From the human T2T-CHM13v2.0 reference genome, Homo sapiens, in assembly GCF_009914755.1 (NCBI RefSeq), contig NC_060935.1: 64,000 nucleotides of DNA; one strand, 5' to 3'. Made by a program: the position numbers and the translations under genes. The notes below the pieces were generated by a model, which worked only from the letters and a program-made list of their open reading frames with translations, searched no databases and was not told the origin of the DNA. Below are positions 60,672-64,000 of the stretch, piece by piece. Numbering within the stretch: the first letter of the stretch is position 1; each line of letters starts with the position of its first letter.

Positions 60672-62903
60672 AGAAAAATCACCCTAGCATCGGTGGAACA
60701 GTGATGGGCAGAGGCCAAGGTTAGTAGAGAGACCCTGGCTGGGATGCTACCTTTGTAGTCTACATGAGGGATGGTGGTGGCTTTCCCTGTGAGATGGAGG
60801 GAAATGGACAAAGTCAAGAGATGTCAGGGAAGTAGAAGTACAGGTCTCAATACTAGATTTGATGTTTGGGGAGTAGAGAGGAATAATGATGAGGGAACCA
60901 GCCCCTGCCTCCAGCTCGAGAGATTTAATAGACCTTCCCAGATAGAAATGTCCCGGTCATTGTGTGGGAAGGTTAATTTAGAAGAGCATATGGCATTTGT
61001 TCTCTGCCTGCTTCTGAGAAGAACACTATTAGCCCTTTTCTAAGTCCTTTCTAAAACAAAAACAAAACCCAAAGGATTTGGCTTGCAACTGTCGATGGCA
61101 GAGGCTGCTGCAAGCAGGACTTGGTGTTTTGCTGATTCGAACATTGAGCAGAGGTATGTGGTCTGGGATTCCCTGTGAAATCAGCCCCAGAGCCTTCATC
61201 TCCAATAGCCTGTGCCAACCTAGAAGGCCAATATGAAAGTTGAACGAGGAACTAGGAATGGTCCTGTCCCAGAGTCCCTTCAGAGGAGGTGAGCCAGTAT
61301 CAAATCCGACCTTGCTGGGACCCCAAGGGATGTTCTGCACTCAGATTTTATAAATCGTCCTTTGTGCCAGGTCCCTTCCCGGGAGCCACAGGCATGACTT
61401 AGGTTGTTGCGTGGATTCCCTTACCTAGGGCATAGAGAGGCCATGCAATTGATCATTGCTCTGAGGCAGTCAGAAAATGTGGAAGGAGGCATCCCAGCTG
61501 AAACATCTGCCCTAAGCCTCCTTCTTGGCCCTAAAACCTGCCTGGAATGTTCACCACCCCCAACACTCTCCCCAATCCACCCACCTCCTCTGGGTCTTTG
61601 CTCAGTGAGACCTTCCCTGACCACCCTCTATCAAACTGCATCTTTTCCCTTCCCTGCTATATTTTTCTCTGTAGTATTTATCACCACTGGGTGTACACTG
61701 TCCTTACATTCATTCTTGTTGTTTGCTAGTCTCCCTCTGTAAGATAAAAGCTCCAGGAGGGAACTTCCGTGTTTTGTTTGTTGTTCATTGCAGTATCCTC
61801 AGCCCCCATAGTGGTGCCTGGAACTCAGGAGGGGCTCAGTCAATATTTGTTGAATGGATAGTAATAGTAATGGCTAGCTTTTATCAGCTGAGACCCTATG
61901 CTTACAGTTCACTGCAGAGTTGAGAGACAGGCATTGAACAGGCAATTTCAAGTGTGATGATTCGTGTAAGGAAAAGTGTAGGACACGATAGTAGCACGGT
62001 GGGCTTCCCTGAGGAAGGGGCATTTGGCTGAGACCTGAAGGGTGATAAGACCCTGAAGAGAAGAGTCTTCCCGGTGGAGGGAGCAGCATTTGTGAGGGCA
62101 TAAGGTAAAGAGAATGGGGCTGACGGGATAGAACTCACAAATGAAGTGTGCAGAGGCTTGTCTGGATGTGTCCACGGGGGCTGGAAGGGGCTGGATTTTA
62201 GAAAAAGTATTAAGATCCCAGCCTTGATCCTCAGGACAGCGTGAGGCCATCAAAAGGTTCGGAAGGAAGTTTGGAGGGCAGAAGGCTGGAGGGAATGCTT
62301 CCTTGCCCAGATGAAGCCTGAATGACTCGCAGGGCTGGGGCAAGCTGCCGCCAGTTTTATCCACAAAGCAGCAACCACTTCTGCTAAGATAGTGATGACT
62401 CCGAGCCCCTCCAGCTCCCCTGTTCTCCTCAACCCTGGTCTGAGCGCCTGCTTTGTGCGAGTCATTCAGGCTTCATCAAGGCACTATGTTAATGTTAGGT
62501 CCTTCTTACAGATCAGCCCACGTAGTCCTCACAGCAGCTGGTTGAGGAGCTATTATCATCATCCCCACTTGGCAGTGGTAGGTAGAGGCTGAGGCTGAGA
62601 GAGTTGCCCAGGTTCACTCTACTGGAAGGAGCCAGCTCTGGAATCTGGAATTCAGCCCCAGGCCTCTCTCAGTCCAAGTCCAGTGCGCACTATCTCTTTC
62701 ATGGACTGCCTCCCATTCTCAGGATCCTAATGTCTTTATCTAACCCTGCTGGTGGCCAGAAGCCTCTACCTGGTACCCGTCACAACCCAGGTGAGACCAG
62801 GCATCTCAGGATGCCTCACCTGACTTCCAGCTGGAATCCAACCTGAGCTGTGCAGTTGGCTCAAAGGGTGGCCAACCAGAGGAGCAGATTTATCCACATT
62901 GGC

Positions 62904-62960
62904 ATCAGAAAAACCACTCTAGGCCGGGCACAGTGGCTCATGCCTGTAAGGCTCATGCCT
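62904..62960 (+). repeat. 46-bp copy of the 60346-60391 flank/Alu junction plus an 11-bp local re-copy
   Basis: atcagaaaaaccactctaggccgggcacagtggctcatgcctgtaa (42/46 identical to the donor), followed by ggctcatgcct. Confidence 0.88.
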
Positions 62961-64000
62961 TGAGAGGCTTTCCCTGTTCTCCCAGCTCTCACCCCACCAC
63001 CAGTAATCTGTGCTTAAACGAGCTGTCTTGCCTTTCCACGCAAATGAATTGGAGATGGTGAGGCTCCAGGCAGCAGCAGACGCATCTCAAAGCTGGTTTG
63101 GGGCATAAGAGCTTTCTCTCTATGAGAATAACCTGCTTCGGAGCCTTCTCAAGGATAGGGAGGTTGGTATTTATATAAAGTGAGGTTTTCGAAATGAACA
63201 GAGGTATGAGCTGCCTGGCAGTGTCCTGGAACGAGCCAGTTTGTAAAATAACTACTTTTTTGTTGCTTTGGGGCTAGAATACATTATACCAGAGTAAGAG
63301 ATGGTAACTGACTACATTATTGTATTTATTTCTTAGGAATGAAAACACTATACTATTCCTATTATTGGGGATGCTTTGCCTTTTAAAAAAATTATGGTGA
63401 AATATACATAACAGAAAACCTACTGTCTTAGCCATTTTTAAGTGTATGGCTCAGTAGCATTAAGTACTGAATTATTGTGATGATTTGCCTTTTGAAATCC
63501 AGAAAAGAATACCTGGGTGTATTTTGTCCAAGCATGTAATATTGCTTCCTTGACTCCTATTTATAGTTTCTAACATTTGCATGGTTTATTCCAGTTTGTA
63601 TAGTCTATATCACACATCTTGCCTCATTGAACCCACCTGGGGCCTGGGGTGGGCTGGGCAAAGGACCAGAGGAGCTTAGGTGCTGGGTGGTCTTTGTTTC
63701 GAGCATGTTCTAGTGCCATCTAGCGTCTGTGGGACCTTGTGCTGGCCAGGCTAAGGCTGTTGGATTTCCCCTGCTTGGGGCGATGGCTCTGTAAAACCCA
63801 AATAGCTTTAAAAGAGCACCAAGGAGATGTTTGTCTTTTTAAATCAGCTGGGATTTTTTTTTTTTTCCAGCTCTGATCCCTTGGAAACTTACAACTAAAA
63901 TTCATTTCATTAGCAGTCAGAACAGTGTGTCCCTTTGAAGTTCAGACAGGGTGAGATTAATATGAACCCGATATTAAGCTATTAAGCATCAGTTTGCCAA

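Overview
This is primate (human-like) nuclear DNA, not a prokaryotic or viral window. It covers an internal part of LDLRAD3 on the + strand. Only two coding exons are present: 13458-13583 (126 bp) and 30127-30261 (135 bp). Each encodes one LDL-receptor class A module, and both are phase 1-1. The rest is intron, dense in Alu, L1, L2/MIR, solo LTRs (MER52-, MER21/68-, MER31- and MaLR-like), DNA-transposon fossils and microsatellites. Apart from the two LDLa ORFs, the ORF track looks like noise. I found no evidence of a new multi-gene system. The most unusual structure is three separate local copy events involving unique sequence or element/flank junctions. (1) A ~560-bp inverted duplication (23817-24373 / 29362-29927, ~92% identical over its unique part by hand count) ends ~200 nt before the second exon's acceptor and should form a long non-Alu pre-mRNA duplex. 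(2) A ~250-bp direct copy (32546-32799 -> 35352-35600) was inserted into an L1. (3) A 46-bp copy of an Alu 5' junction (60346-60391 -> 62904-62949) is followed by a re-primed 11-mer. There is also a NAGNAG acceptor, an octamer-motif cluster and small tandem duplications. Repeat family names come from recalled consensus similarity, not from a RepeatMasker run, and repeat boundaries are approximate.
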